64,000 nucleotides of DNA, from contig CAXWPH010000005.1 of NCBI GenBank assembly GCA_963666055.2, forward strand, positions 64,001 through 128,000, in the 5' to 3' direction. The position numbers and the translations under genes were made by a program. Positions 32,531-42,663 of the stretch are shown piece by piece. Within the stretch, counting starts at the first letter, position 1, and each line of letters starts with the position of its first letter. The stretch is from Acidobacteriota bacterium (GTDB lineage Bacteria > Acidobacteriota > UBA890 > WLXD01). The notes beneath the pieces are model-generated. The model worked only from the letters and a program-made list of their open reading frames with translations. It searched no databases and was not told the DNA's origin.

Positions 32531-32950
32531 GCTCGGCTCCTTGCCCTGTTTTGTTTCATATGACACCTATGACACCTGGAAGGGCTCCTCTTATGTTGGG
32601 TCGAGATGGATGGGAGCCACGACCGGTGATCCTAGATGAGTTCGATGCCGATTTCACGACCGGCGAGCTGTCAGGATTGATCGAGGTGGTGGACGGACGT
32701 TGGGGCGCTTCGTTGGAGATCAACCGACCTCGTCCAGAAGTACACCGCCTTTCTGGAGGAACAGTTCGAGGCCCACCTCGCCCTGTCGCAGTACTTCACG
32801 CCGTCCGGTGGGGGCCGAGATGACCCCCGGGGCAATCTTGCTGATTGACGATCAGCAGTGCTAGCCAGCCAAAAAACGCCGACCCTCTTTCAGACAAGGG
32901 TGCTCATCGCTCGTGGAAAGACAGAGCAAACTTAGATCTAGTTTAACCTG

Positions 32951-32979
32951 TTGTTCAGTAGTACTGAACATATTAGTAT
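32951..32979 (+). promoter_or_regulatory. Putative abiE promoter overlapped by a palindromic operator
   Basis: TTGTTC-17 bp-TAGTAT ends 7 nt before ATG 32987; perfect inverted repeat TGTTCAGTA-G-TACTGAACA at 32952-32970. Confidence 0.65.
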
Positions 32980-32986
32980 TATAAAC

Positions 32987-34015
32987 ATGCGGACCGACCT
33001 TCAGACCTACCTTGGACATATCCGACAGCTGCCCTTCGTGCGAGGTCTGCAGGTCAAGCTCGAACAAGGCCTCGCGCCAGAGCGGGCAGACACGATCCTC
33101 CAGATCGAGCTGCCTGACGGAACCAGAAAAAACATGGTCGTCGAGGTCAAGAGAACAAACCTCACTTATGCACTTGCACAGGCTCTCCGCAATCGCGCCG
33201 AGCGTGTCTACCCGTATCCTCTACTCGTCACCGCGCCGAAGATCACCCGGGGAGTCGGACAAGCACTCGCCCATCAAGGCATTAACTATGTAGATGCAGC
33301 CGGTAATTGCCGGATCAACCTCGAAGATCAGTACGTCGCTGTTATCGAGGGACGCCACCCGATCGCGAAAGAAACACCTCGAGGACGAGGCCTCGGTGCC
33401 GCCGGATACCAAGTTCTGTTCACCATCCTGGCCTGGCCCGACGCCGCCCACGCGACGCTCCGTGAACTGGCGCGCCAAGCAGGCACCGCGCTGGGGACCG
33501 CTACGACCACCTTGAGAAGACTGGAGGCCGAGGGCCTGCTACTCAGAGGCCACCCTGGGGTGCTTGTCCACGACCGTCAAGAGATCCTGGAAAGATGGGT
33601 TCATGGATACCAAGACCAAGTCCGGCCGAAGTGGTTGATTGGACGTTACCGAACTCCCGATCAAGACCCCGACAACTTGGAAAGGCGGCTCACGCAGGCT
33701 ATCAACACCTGGCAACCCGAACTAGGCTGGGCTTGGGGCGGCGGCGCGGGCGCAATGCGTCTCACTCGATGCTTCCGCGGTCCAGAAACCGTCCTCTGCG
33801 TAAAGGCGCCGCCGCACAACCTGACGAGGGAACTCAAGGCGCTTCCGGACGCGAAAGGGCCGCTAGTGCTGCTCGAAGTCCCGACCGACCTGTTCCTAGC
33901 CGGCCCCGAGGATCATGTTGTTCATCCCCTGCTTCTCTACACCCAACTCCTGGCGATGCATGACGAACGCGCCCGGGAGGCGGCAGCGGAGCTACATGAT
34001 CGCTATCTGCGATGA
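32987..34015 (+). CDS. Type IV TA antitoxin, AbiEi family
   Basis: VEVK, GINYVDAAGNC, HTH (TLRELARQAG), WGG, VHPLLLYTQLL..RAREAA. Confidence 0.85.
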   Translation: MRTDLQTYLGHIRQLPFVRGLQVKLEQGLAPERADTILQIELPDGTRKNMVVEVKRTNLTYALAQALRNRAERVYPYPLLVTAPKITRGVGQALAHQGINYVDAAGNCRINLEDQYVAVIEGRHPIAKETPRGRGLGAAGYQVLFTILAWPDAAHATLRELARQAGTALGTATTTLRRLEAEGLLLRGHPGVLVHDRQEILERWVHGYQDQVRPKWLIGRYRTPDQDPDNLERRLTQAINTWQPELGWAWGGGAGAMRLTRCFRGPETVLCVKAPPHNLTRELKALPDAKGPLVLLEVPTDLFLAGPEDHVVHPLLLYTQLLAMHDERAREAAAELHDRYLR

Positions 34016-34800
34016 GAGCTCACGGACTAGACGCAACACAACTGGACACGTTGCACGAGCTCGTCGATTGCTGGGGTAAGGACCGCTTCGCTCTTATCGG
34101 AGCGCGCGCGCTGGGCTGTTTCCTACCATTGGATTGGCGTCTGACGGAGGACCTAGACGTCACCGTCCTGACATCCCTCGAGGACTACCCCGACGGACTC
34201 GATCGCCGTGATGGCTGGAATCAGGACACCCGGATCGCGCAGCGATGGCACTCCCCGTCCGGGGTGCGAGTAGACGTACTGCCGGTTGGCCCGGACGGCG
34301 CCCCAACAGAGCCCTTGCACTGGCCCGGCGAGGACCGGATCCTCAGCACAGTCGGACTCCGTCTTGTCGATGTGCACTCGGTCGAAATATTGCCGCGAGA
34401 CGATCTGACGATACGAGTCGCGCCGGTTCCAGTGATCACAGTGCTAAAGACGATCTCGTTCTTGGATCGGCCAGACGAGCGGCTCCGCGACCTACAGGAC
34501 TTGGCTCGTGTCCTGATCGGCTATCCGGAGCTAGAAGAGCGCTTCCCCGACATCGTTATCGAGCGAGGCCTCGACTACGATCAGTCGGGTCCCTTCATCC
34601 TGGGTCGCGAGATTGCATGTCTGGATCTGGAGCCGGTTGAACAGGACCACCTGGAACGATTCCTGACTCTCGTTGAAGACACCGATGCGATCGCTGGACG
34701 AATCGCCAGCGAGATCGACCGGGACCTGGATCACGTACGGAGGTTGCTGGACGCGCTATCCCTCGGTCTTCGGTCGGCGGAAAGCCCGTCTCGATCTTGA
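34012..34800 (+). CDS. Type IV TA toxin, AbiEii-like nucleotidyltransferase
   Basis: LIGARA..R.TEDLD, VDVLP, LK..RDLQD; ATGA overlap with the antitoxin. Confidence 0.85.
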   Translation: MRAHGLDATQLDTLHELVDCWGKDRFALIGARALGCFLPLDWRLTEDLDVTVLTSLEDYPDGLDRRDGWNQDTRIAQRWHSPSGVRVDVLPVGPDGAPTEPLHWPGEDRILSTVGLRLVDVHSVEILPRDDLTIRVAPVPVITVLKTISFLDRPDERLRDLQDLARVLIGYPELEERFPDIVIERGLDYDQSGPFILGREIACLDLEPVEQDHLERFLTLVEDTDAIAGRIASEIDRDLDHVRRLLDALSLGLRSAESPSRS

Positions 34801-35277
34801 TCTCGAGCAACTCGCCGACGCAGCGCATCGGCTCTCTCGGGAGCGATGGGCGTCTCCAAACCGTCTCCAAGACCCGGGTGCACTCCAGTAGATTCCAGAC
34901 GACTGGAGTCGGCTACCTGAGCCGCCGTAAACGGATACCTGTCAACGAGAACCGGCGAAAGCCGTGCGCCATCAACTATTCCTGATGGTTGTGATCGCCA
35001 GTGCGAACTTTCTCCTGGCGAAGCACTGGTCGATGCGACCGCATACGATGAACCCGACAATCGCTTGTTCATGGGTCCAAAACACCAAGAACTTGGTCTT
35101 CGCCTGCGTCAGCCCGTGGATTTGCACGCCCGCCATGCTATTTTAGTCAGCGCGAAACCTTGCTGAATCGTGAAGGGCCGTGCGTCTAGCCAGGCGCCCA
35201 TGAGTTGACGGATTGAGCTCGGCCATGCCGGGGATCAGCTGGCCTGTGGCGGCGCCCGCGGTCCCCTGAGGACGGGG

Positions 35278-37740
35278 ATGAAGACGTTTGCCGCAGGTGC
35301 TGCGGTCGTTACGATCTGGCTGGCTGCCGTAAGTCAGCCAGAAGAGAGCGGTGCGGCCGTTAGGCAGGCCGCAGACCTGTTCGCCGTTGCCCATGCGATC
35401 ACCGCAACGTCCCCGCCTGCGCCGGCGAAGCTGAACCCGGTCATCCGACAGTACTGCGTCCGCTGCCACAACGACCAGATGCTGCGCGGCAACCTCTCGC
35501 TCGAGACGTTCGATGTCGCCGCAGCGCACGAGCGCGCTGCGACGGCCGAGAAGATGATCGTCAAGCTCCGGGCCGGGATGATGCCGCCACCCGGCGAACG
35601 CCGGCCGGGCCCCGACACGCTCCGGACGCTCGCCGAGGCTCTCGAGAGCGTCGTCGACGAGGCCGCCGCGGTGGATCCGAATCCCGGGGCGCGCCGATTC
35701 CAGCGTCTCAATCGGGCAGAGTACGAGCGCGTGATTGGTGATCTCCTGGCGCTCGAGGTGGACGCCACTCGGTGGCTCCCCGCCGATATCTACCTGGGCA
35801 ACTTCGACAACATGTCGGACGCGCAAGGGCTTTCGACTACGCTGCTGGAAGCGTACCTGCGGGCCGCTGCGGATGTCAGTCGGTCGGCCGTCGGCAACCC
35901 GGCGGCGCTTTCCAGCAGTGCCAAGTACACCAACCGCATCGAGGTGTCGCAACACGCCTGGGACCACATCGAGGGAGCACCCTTCGGGACGCGTGGCGGG
36001 ATGGTTGTTACGCACGACTTCCCCGCCGATGGAGAGTACGTGTTCTCGATCGAGACCCAGTTCGGGAAAGGGATGGGAGTCGAAGACATCGACATCTCGA
36101 TCGATGGCGAAGGTGTGGCTCTCCTGGCTCTGGCGCTGCCGCGTACGGAACGCCGGAGGCCCGGAGACGCTGCCGACGTTCCGTTCCGCACCGAGCCGGT
36201 CTTCGTCCGCGCCGGCCAGCGCCGCGTCTCGGCGGCGTTCGTCCGCAAGATCGAGGGTCCGTACGAGGATCGTCTGAGCCCGCATGCGTCGTCGTCTGTC
36301 GGGGGTGAGGACTCCGAGGCCTGGGCCAACTATGGGCTCACCGTGTTGCCGCATCTCAAAGTATTGATGATCACCGGGCCTCAGCGCCCGAGCGGCCTCT
36401 CGGACACGGCCAGCCGCCAGAAGATCTTCAGCTGCCGCCCGTCTACCCCCGACGAAGAACGTCCGTGCGCCGAAGCGATCGTCTCGCGCCTCGTCCTGGA
36501 GGCGTACCGCCGGCCGGCCACGGCGGAAGATCTCGCTGGCCCCATGTCCTTCTATGATCGCGCCGCCGCGGACGACGGGTTCGAGATCGGAGTGCGAACC
36601 GCGCTTCAGGCGATCCTGGCGAGTCCGTTGTTCATCTACCGCCTCGAGCGCGAACCCTCCGGCCTGCGGCCGGGGGAGAGCTACCGTTTGGGCGACCTCG
36701 ATCTTGCCTCCCGTCTCTCGTTTTTCCTGTGGGCCACCAGCCCGGACCACGAACTGCTCGAACTGGCGGCAAAAGGCCAGCTTTCCGAGCTGGGAATCTT
36801 GGAACAGCAGGTCGAACGGATGCTGCAGGACCCGCGCTCGGAGGCGCTCGCGACGCGCTTCGCGTCGCAGTGGCTGCGCCTGCAGGACGCCGACGACAAC
36901 GAGCCCGAGCCCTTTCTTTATCCTGATTTCACCGGCCAGCTGCGCGACGACCTGGTGCGCGAGACCCAGCGGTTCTTCGACTACCTCGTCCGCGAGGACC
37001 GCAGTCTTCTCGAGCTGTTCACGGCGGACTACACGTTCTTGAACGAGCGCCTGGCGCGTCACTACGGAATTCCCGGCGTGACGGGCTCCCACTTCCGTCG
37101 GGTCAGCTATCCCAACGATATGCGGCGCGGCGTCCTCGGCCACGGAAGCGTTCTGTTGCTGACCTCGATGTCGGCCCGCACGTCGCCGGTGCTCCGCGGC
37201 AAGTGGGTGATGGAAGTGCTCATGGGTACGCCACCACCCCCGCCGCCGCCCGACATACCGGCGTTCGAGGAGACCGAGAGCAGCGCGGCGGGTCGCCGCC
37301 TGACGACACGCGAGCGGCTGGAGATTCACCGCGCCAACCCGACCTGCCACTCTTGCCACCGTTTCATGGACCCGATCGGTTTGGCGCTGGACAACTACGA
37401 CGTGACGGGCCGATTGCGAATCCGCGAGAACGGCGCGCCGCTCGACACGCGGGGCACGTACTACGACGGCACGGATGTGAGCACCCCGAGCGAGCTCATC
37501 GACCTGCTCATGAAGCGTCCGATCCCGTTGGTGCGGAACTTCGCGGAGAACTTACTCGCGTACGCCATGGGTCGACGCGTCGAGTACTACGACCAGCCCG
37601 AGATCCGCGCCCTCGTACGTGAAGCGGAGGCCAACGACTACCGAATGTCTTCGTTCATCCTGGGGGTCGTGAAGAGCGTTCCGTTCCGGATGATGCGATC
37701 TCAAGCGATCGTTGACCAACAGACCGAGCCAAACAACTAG
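35278..37740 (+). CDS. DUF1592/1588/1595/1585 (PSD/PSCyt) cytochrome c-like protein
   Basis: CVRCH, RLNRAEY, LASRLSFFLW, TSPVLRGKW, CHSCH. Confidence 0.92.
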   Translation: MKTFAAGAAVVTIWLAAVSQPEESGAAVRQAADLFAVAHAITATSPPAPAKLNPVIRQYCVRCHNDQMLRGNLSLETFDVAAAHERAATAEKMIVKLRAGMMPPPGERRPGPDTLRTLAEALESVVDEAAAVDPNPGARRFQRLNRAEYERVIGDLLALEVDATRWLPADIYLGNFDNMSDAQGLSTTLLEAYLRAAADVSRSAVGNPAALSSSAKYTNRIEVSQHAWDHIEGAPFGTRGGMVVTHDFPADGEYVFSIETQFGKGMGVEDIDISIDGEGVALLALALPRTERRRPGDAADVPFRTEPVFVRAGQRRVSAAFVRKIEGPYEDRLSPHASSSVGGEDSEAWANYGLTVLPHLKVLMITGPQRPSGLSDTASRQKIFSCRPSTPDEERPCAEAIVSRLVLEAYRRPATAEDLAGPMSFYDRAAADDGFEIGVRTALQAILASPLFIYRLEREPSGLRPGESYRLGDLDLASRLSFFLWATSPDHELLELAAKGQLSELGILEQQVERMLQDPRSEALATRFASQWLRLQDADDNEPEPFLYPDFTGQLRDDLVRETQRFFDYLVREDRSLLELFTADYTFLNERLARHYGIPGVTGSHFRRVSYPNDMRRGVLGHGSVLLLTSMSARTSPVLRGKWVMEVLMGTPPPPPPPDIPAFEETESSAAGRRLTTRERLEIHRANPTCHSCHRFMDPIGLALDNYDVTGRLRIRENGAPLDTRGTYYDGTDVSTPSELIDLLMKRPIPLVRNFAENLLAYAMGRRVEYYDQPEIRALVREAEANDYRMSSFILGVVKSVPFRMMRSQAIVDQQTEPNN

Positions 37741-37758
37741 AACCAGGACACTATAGCC

Positions 37759-39183
37759 ATGGAATTTATCACCGGGAAACATCTCTCGCGCCGCACGTTC
37801 ATCCGGGGTACGGGCGTGAGCGTGGCGCTGCCCTTCCTCGACGCGATGGTGCCCGCCGGGCGGCTCTGGCGACACAGCACGGTCGAGCCAGGCTTCACGC
37901 GGCTGGTGTGCATTGAAGAGTCGATGGGCGCCGCCGGTTGTAGCGACTGGGGCGCCGCCCGCCACCTCTTCGCTCCGGCGAAGATCGGCCGCGACTTCGA
38001 CTTCGCTACGGGCAGCCAGCTGGCGCCGCTCGCCGACTTCCGCGAGCACATGACGATCGTGAGCAATACGGACTGTCGGTCGGCAGAAGCGTGGCGTGCG
38101 GAGGAGATCGGCGGCGACCACGACCGATCGACGGCCGTGTTCCTGACCCAGGCGCACCCCAAGCAGACGCAGGGCTCGGACGTCTTCCTCGGAACATCGC
38201 TCGATCAGCTCCACGCGCAGCGTTTCGGGCGCGACACCGTACTGCCTTCGCTCGAGCTATGCATCGAGGACACCGACCGCGGCGGTGGCTGCAATTACAA
38301 CTACCACTGCGCATACACGAACTCGCTGTCCTGGGCGTCTCCCGACCAACCGCTCCCGGCGATCCGAGAGCCTCGGGTAGTGTTCGAGCGGCTGTTCGGT
38401 GCCGGCGACACGCCGGAAGACCGTGCGGCCCGACGTCGCACGGACCGGAGCCTGATCGACTGGATCGCGACCGAGGTGACGCGCCTCAAGCGGAGCCTGG
38501 GAGCCGTGGATCGTCGGGCGCTCGACCAGCACGTGGAGTACATCCGAGAGATCGAGCGGCGGATCCAGCTTGTCGAGGCACGCAACAGCAGTGGCGTGGA
38601 GCGCGAGATGCCCGAGGCGCCTTCAGGTGTCCCGGACTCGTTCGATGAGCACATGCAGCTGATGTTCGATCTGCAGGTGCTGGCGCTACAGAGCGATCTC
38701 ACGCGTGTTATCACGTTCAAGACGGGAGTCGATCTGTCGAACCGCGTCTTCCCGCAGAGCGGGGTCACGAAGTCGATTCACGGGACCTCGCACCACGGCA
38801 ACGTCTCCGCGGAGATCATGGACTTCCACAAGATCAACACCTACCGCCTCGGCCAGCTCGAGTACTTTCTCCGCAAGCTGCGGGACACGTCGGACGGCGA
38901 CGCTTCGCTGCTCGACAAGACGGCGATTATCTGGGGATCTCCGATGGCCGACCCCAATCTTCACAACCACCGTAGGGCGCCGCTTCTGTTATTGGGAGGC
39001 GCCAACGGGGCCCTCGAAGGCGGCCTACACGTACGCGCCGACGACGGCACGCCCATGGCGAACGCACTCCTGAGTGTGATGCAGAAGATCGGGCATGAGG
39101 AGATGGAGACGTTCGGCGACAGCACCGGCACGCTATCGCTGGACTACGCGCCCCAGGCCTCGACCGGAGGTGACGCCCGATGA
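37759..39183 (+). CDS. DUF1552 (HXXSHH) protein
   Basis: SRRTFIRG Tat-like signal, HGTSHH, FGDSTG. Confidence 0.92.
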   Translation: MEFITGKHLSRRTFIRGTGVSVALPFLDAMVPAGRLWRHSTVEPGFTRLVCIEESMGAAGCSDWGAARHLFAPAKIGRDFDFATGSQLAPLADFREHMTIVSNTDCRSAEAWRAEEIGGDHDRSTAVFLTQAHPKQTQGSDVFLGTSLDQLHAQRFGRDTVLPSLELCIEDTDRGGGCNYNYHCAYTNSLSWASPDQPLPAIREPRVVFERLFGAGDTPEDRAARRRTDRSLIDWIATEVTRLKRSLGAVDRRALDQHVEYIREIERRIQLVEARNSSGVEREMPEAPSGVPDSFDEHMQLMFDLQVLALQSDLTRVITFKTGVDLSNRVFPQSGVTKSIHGTSHHGNVSAEIMDFHKINTYRLGQLEYFLRKLRDTSDGDASLLDKTAIIWGSPMADPNLHNHRRAPLLLLGGANGALEGGLHVRADDGTPMANALLSVMQKIGHEEMETFGDSTGTLSLDYAPQASTGGDAR

Positions 39184-41147
39184 GAGCACGCTCGCTCGTG
39201 GCCGTGAGGCCAGTCCTCTTGCCCGCCTTGATCGCGTTCCTATGCGCCGCCGCCTTCTCGCCTGCGATCCCCATCATCGATGCGGCGCGCCGGGGAGACG
39301 TCGATGCCGTTGGCGCGCTCTTGGAGAGCGGTGCCGACGTGAACGCCGCGCAGGGCGACGGCATGACCGCATTGCACTGGGCGGCAGAACGCGGCCAGGC
39401 GATCGTTGCCGAGCAGCTGATCTCGGCGTCCGCCGACGTCAGCGCCAGGACACGCATCGGTAGCTACACGCCGCTGCATCTGGCGGCTCGCAGTGGGCAT
39501 GGTTCGATAGTCCACCTGTTGCTCGAGGCTGGTAGCGACCCCGGAGCGGCCACTACGAACAGCGGCGTAACCCCCCTGCACCTCGCCGCTGCAGCGAGCG
39601 GTGGCGCCGACGCCGTCGCCGCGCTCCTGGCTCACGGTGCCGACCCCAATGCCCTGGAATGGTCGGCCGGCCAGAGCCCGTTGATGTTTGCGGCCGGATC
39701 CAATCGTGCCGAGGCCGTGCGGGTGCTCCTCGAGGGCGGTGCAGATCAGGCGATCAGCACGGAGGTCGTCGACGTCCTGCGGCGCCTGGCAATGGACCGC
39801 GAGGCAACACGGCGCTTTCAGGAGATGCTCGATGAGCCGGGAGCCGCCACGGACGGGTTCGCGCCGGCAGCTGACGCGGCCACCGCGTCCGGGAAGCCGA
39901 GCCCCGCCCAGGTGCGCGCCGCTGTCGGCGTCCAGCGGGAGTTCCTGCGGTCGGGACACGATGTCGAGGAGGTCGACCCGTACTCCCTGGCGAGGGTGCG
40001 TCCCGACTATCCCGGCGGCCCGGATATTGCGCGGCCTCCTTGGCGGGAGACCCTGGTGAGGATGACCGGAGGCATGACGGCGCTGCTGCACGCGGTCCGG
40101 GAAGGTCACATCGACGCCGCCGTCGCGCTGCTGGACGGCGGTGCGGACGTGAACCAGCCAAGCGGGGGAGATCGAACCAGCCCGCTGCTGATGGCGACGC
40201 TCAACGGTCAGTTCGACCTGGCGCTGATTCTCCTCGAGGCGGGCGCCGACCCTGACCTGGCCGCTTCCACCGACGGAGCCACGCCCCTGTTCGCCGTCCT
40301 GCAAACACAGTGGGCCCCGAGGTCGATCTATCCGCAGCCCCGGGCCCAGGATCAACAGCCGGCCGGGTACCGAGAAGTGCTGGAGGCCCTGCTCGAGGCC
40401 GACGCTGATCCGAACGTCCGGCTGACGACCCACCTGTGGTACTGGGAGTACGGGGTAATGAAGATGGGGCTCGATCTGACCGGCGCGACGCCCTTCTGGC
40501 GCGCTGCGTTCGCCCAGGATCTCGAGGCCATGAAGCTGCTGGTGGCGCATGGCGCGGATCCAAACATCCCGACTCGCTGGCCGGCGATCGGGATGCGCGA
40601 GAGACGGCAGCAGGACGGGCGATTGCAGGAGGACTCAGGCCTCCCGCAGATTCCTGAGGGGGCGCCGAACGCCTATCCGATCCATGCAGCGGCGGGCGGT
40701 GGATATCTCGGGCTCGGTGCCTTCAGCGTACAGAGCGTGCCGGACCAGTTTCTCCCGGCAGTGAAGTACCTGGTTGAAGAGCATGGTGCCGACGTGAACC
40801 TCCCCGACTCCTGGCTCTACACGCCGATGCACTACGCCGCATCGCGCGGCGACAACGAGCTTATCGAGTACCTCGTGGCGCAGGGCAGCGACGTGACCGT
40901 ACTCACACGATTGGGACAGTCGACCGCCGACATGGCGCGCGGCGGGCAGGCTGGCTTCTTCAAGCGCGCGGCGTACCCCGAGACGGTCGAATTACTCACC
41001 ACCCTGGGCTCGACCCTCGAGTGCCTCAACACGCATTTCCTCGGCACCGGAGATGTCTGCGAGCGCGCCGGCGCCAACGACCCGTGGGCGCCGCCTGCGG
41101 ACGGTGACGAGTCTGCGCCATCGGGGAGCCCACAGACACCGCGTTAG
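39180..41147 (+). CDS. Exported ankyrin-repeat protein
   Basis: Multiple G.TALH.AA and GADVN repeats. Confidence 0.92.
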   Translation: MRARSLVAVRPVLLPALIAFLCAAAFSPAIPIIDAARRGDVDAVGALLESGADVNAAQGDGMTALHWAAERGQAIVAEQLISASADVSARTRIGSYTPLHLAARSGHGSIVHLLLEAGSDPGAATTNSGVTPLHLAAAASGGADAVAALLAHGADPNALEWSAGQSPLMFAAGSNRAEAVRVLLEGGADQAISTEVVDVLRRLAMDREATRRFQEMLDEPGAATDGFAPAADAATASGKPSPAQVRAAVGVQREFLRSGHDVEEVDPYSLARVRPDYPGGPDIARPPWRETLVRMTGGMTALLHAVREGHIDAAVALLDGGADVNQPSGGDRTSPLLMATLNGQFDLALILLEAGADPDLAASTDGATPLFAVLQTQWAPRSIYPQPRAQDQQPAGYREVLEALLEADADPNVRLTTHLWYWEYGVMKMGLDLTGATPFWRAAFAQDLEAMKLLVAHGADPNIPTRWPAIGMRERRQQDGRLQEDSGLPQIPEGAPNAYPIHAAAGGGYLGLGAFSVQSVPDQFLPAVKYLVEEHGADVNLPDSWLYTPMHYAASRGDNELIEYLVAQGSDVTVLTRLGQSTADMARGGQAGFFKRAAYPETVELLTTLGSTLECLNTHFLGTGDVCERAGANDPWAPPADGDESAPSGSPQTPR

Positions 41148-41201
41148 CGCGGGGAGCTGCGACGGCACACGGCTACCCCGCTAGCCACTCAGGGAGAGGC
41201 C

Positions 41202-42356
41202 ATGAGGACTCGTTGCGCTCCGCTCGTCGTGGTGTGTGCCTTCGTGGCGGTCTTGCCCGCCTGCGTGGACGAAGACCCGGTTCCACCGCTTGCGGATTCG
41301 AACGAAGCGATTACCAAGGGCGGCGACGACAGGACGGGGCATTACGACGTCGCGGAAGGTTGGTGGAAGGCTGCACCTGACCACGACGACGAGTGGTCGT
41401 GGGGGCAAGTGGCGGGCGTCGCGGTGGACCACTCCGACCGGATCATCGTGGTGACGCGCGGCGACTGGCCGGCGGACCGAGCGCAGCCCAGGGAGGGGCG
41501 GCTGCGCCGCACCAACTTCATCGTCGTCGCCGATGGAAACGGCAACATCGTCGAGCAGTGGAGCCAGTGGGACTCGATCTTGACCCTGCCGCATCAGGTC
41601 TACATCAGCCCCTACGATCCGGAGCGACACGTCTGGGTCATCGACAGCGGCGGCGCTGACGGCCACCACCAGGTCTTGAAGTTCAGCAACGATGGCAGCG
41701 AGCTGGTGATGCAGCTCGGCGAGCGCGACCACCCCAAGACTCGCGAGGCGGCCCGCGCACGGTTCGACTGGGGTCCGCATACCTATGGCTGGCCGTCGAA
41801 GCTCGCCTTCCTCCCCGACGGCAGCTTCTTGCTGGCCGACGGGTACTGGAACTCACGCATCCTCAAGTACACCGAGAATGGCGAGTTGGTGATGCAGTGG
41901 GGAGCGCTGGGAAACGGCCCGGGCGAATTCGATCTGCTCCACGGTCTCGCCGTCGATGAGGATCGCGTCTATGTTGGCGACCGGCAGAACCAGCGCATCC
42001 AGGTGTTCACCCACGAGGGCGAGTTCATCGAGGAATGGCCGAACATCTTCGATCCGGTCAACATCTGGGTCGACGAGAGCCATGCGGTGTAGGTGATCGA
42101 CGCGAGCTTGAACCGGGTTCTCAAGTACAGCCGCGAAGGTGAGCTCCAGTACCACTGGGGGACCTATGGCCAGGCAGCTGCGCTGGGGCGGGCGACCTGG
42201 CCGGGCGGCCTGTCACGTCCGCATCAGCTCGACTTGGATGCGGACGGCAACCTTTACATTGCCTCCTACACCGGCGGCTGGGTGAACAAGTTCATCCCGA
42301 AGCCGGATGCCGATCCGAGCAAGCTCCTCGGCAGGCGGCTGCTGCTCTTGAACTAG
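41202..42356 (+). pseudogene. NHL-repeat (PAL-like) lipoprotein with an in-frame TAG at 42090
   Basis: PAC lipobox, LADGYWNSRI, GPGEFDLLHG, DRQNQRIQVF; the frame continues after the TAG to 42356. Confidence 0.85.
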
Positions 42357-42414
42357 GCGGGTTACTTCAATCCTGTCGCCGAGGTTGAGGGCAACCCATG
42401 TTTGGGCGGGCGCG

Positions 42415-42441
42415 TGACCCGGCCCCCCAAACGGATCCAGA
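42415..42441. mobile_element. Solo IS3-family (IS407-group-like) end
   Basis: TGACCCGGCCCCCCAAACGGATCCAGA closely resembles the end at 49228. Confidence 0.65.
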
Positions 42442-42663
42442 TAGGCGAGCCCCTGCAATAGCGGCGATCCGTCCGCCCGGCGCGTTCTGACACTTTCCCT
42501 ACAACTTCCGAACAACCTCGTTGCAGCTTGCTTGCTGGGCCCCCACCCCTATTTACCGGCCGGAGCATACCTTCTCTCCGCAGGTTGATAGCTGGCTCTG
42601 AGCGCCGCGCAGACAACGCGGCGGGCATCCTGACGCTGGGCACCCAGAAAGAGGGACATAGAC

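Noticed and set aside
32559-32576. TATGACACC x2 upstream of atoE
   Set aside because: Single short doublet; cannot distinguish an operator from a local duplication
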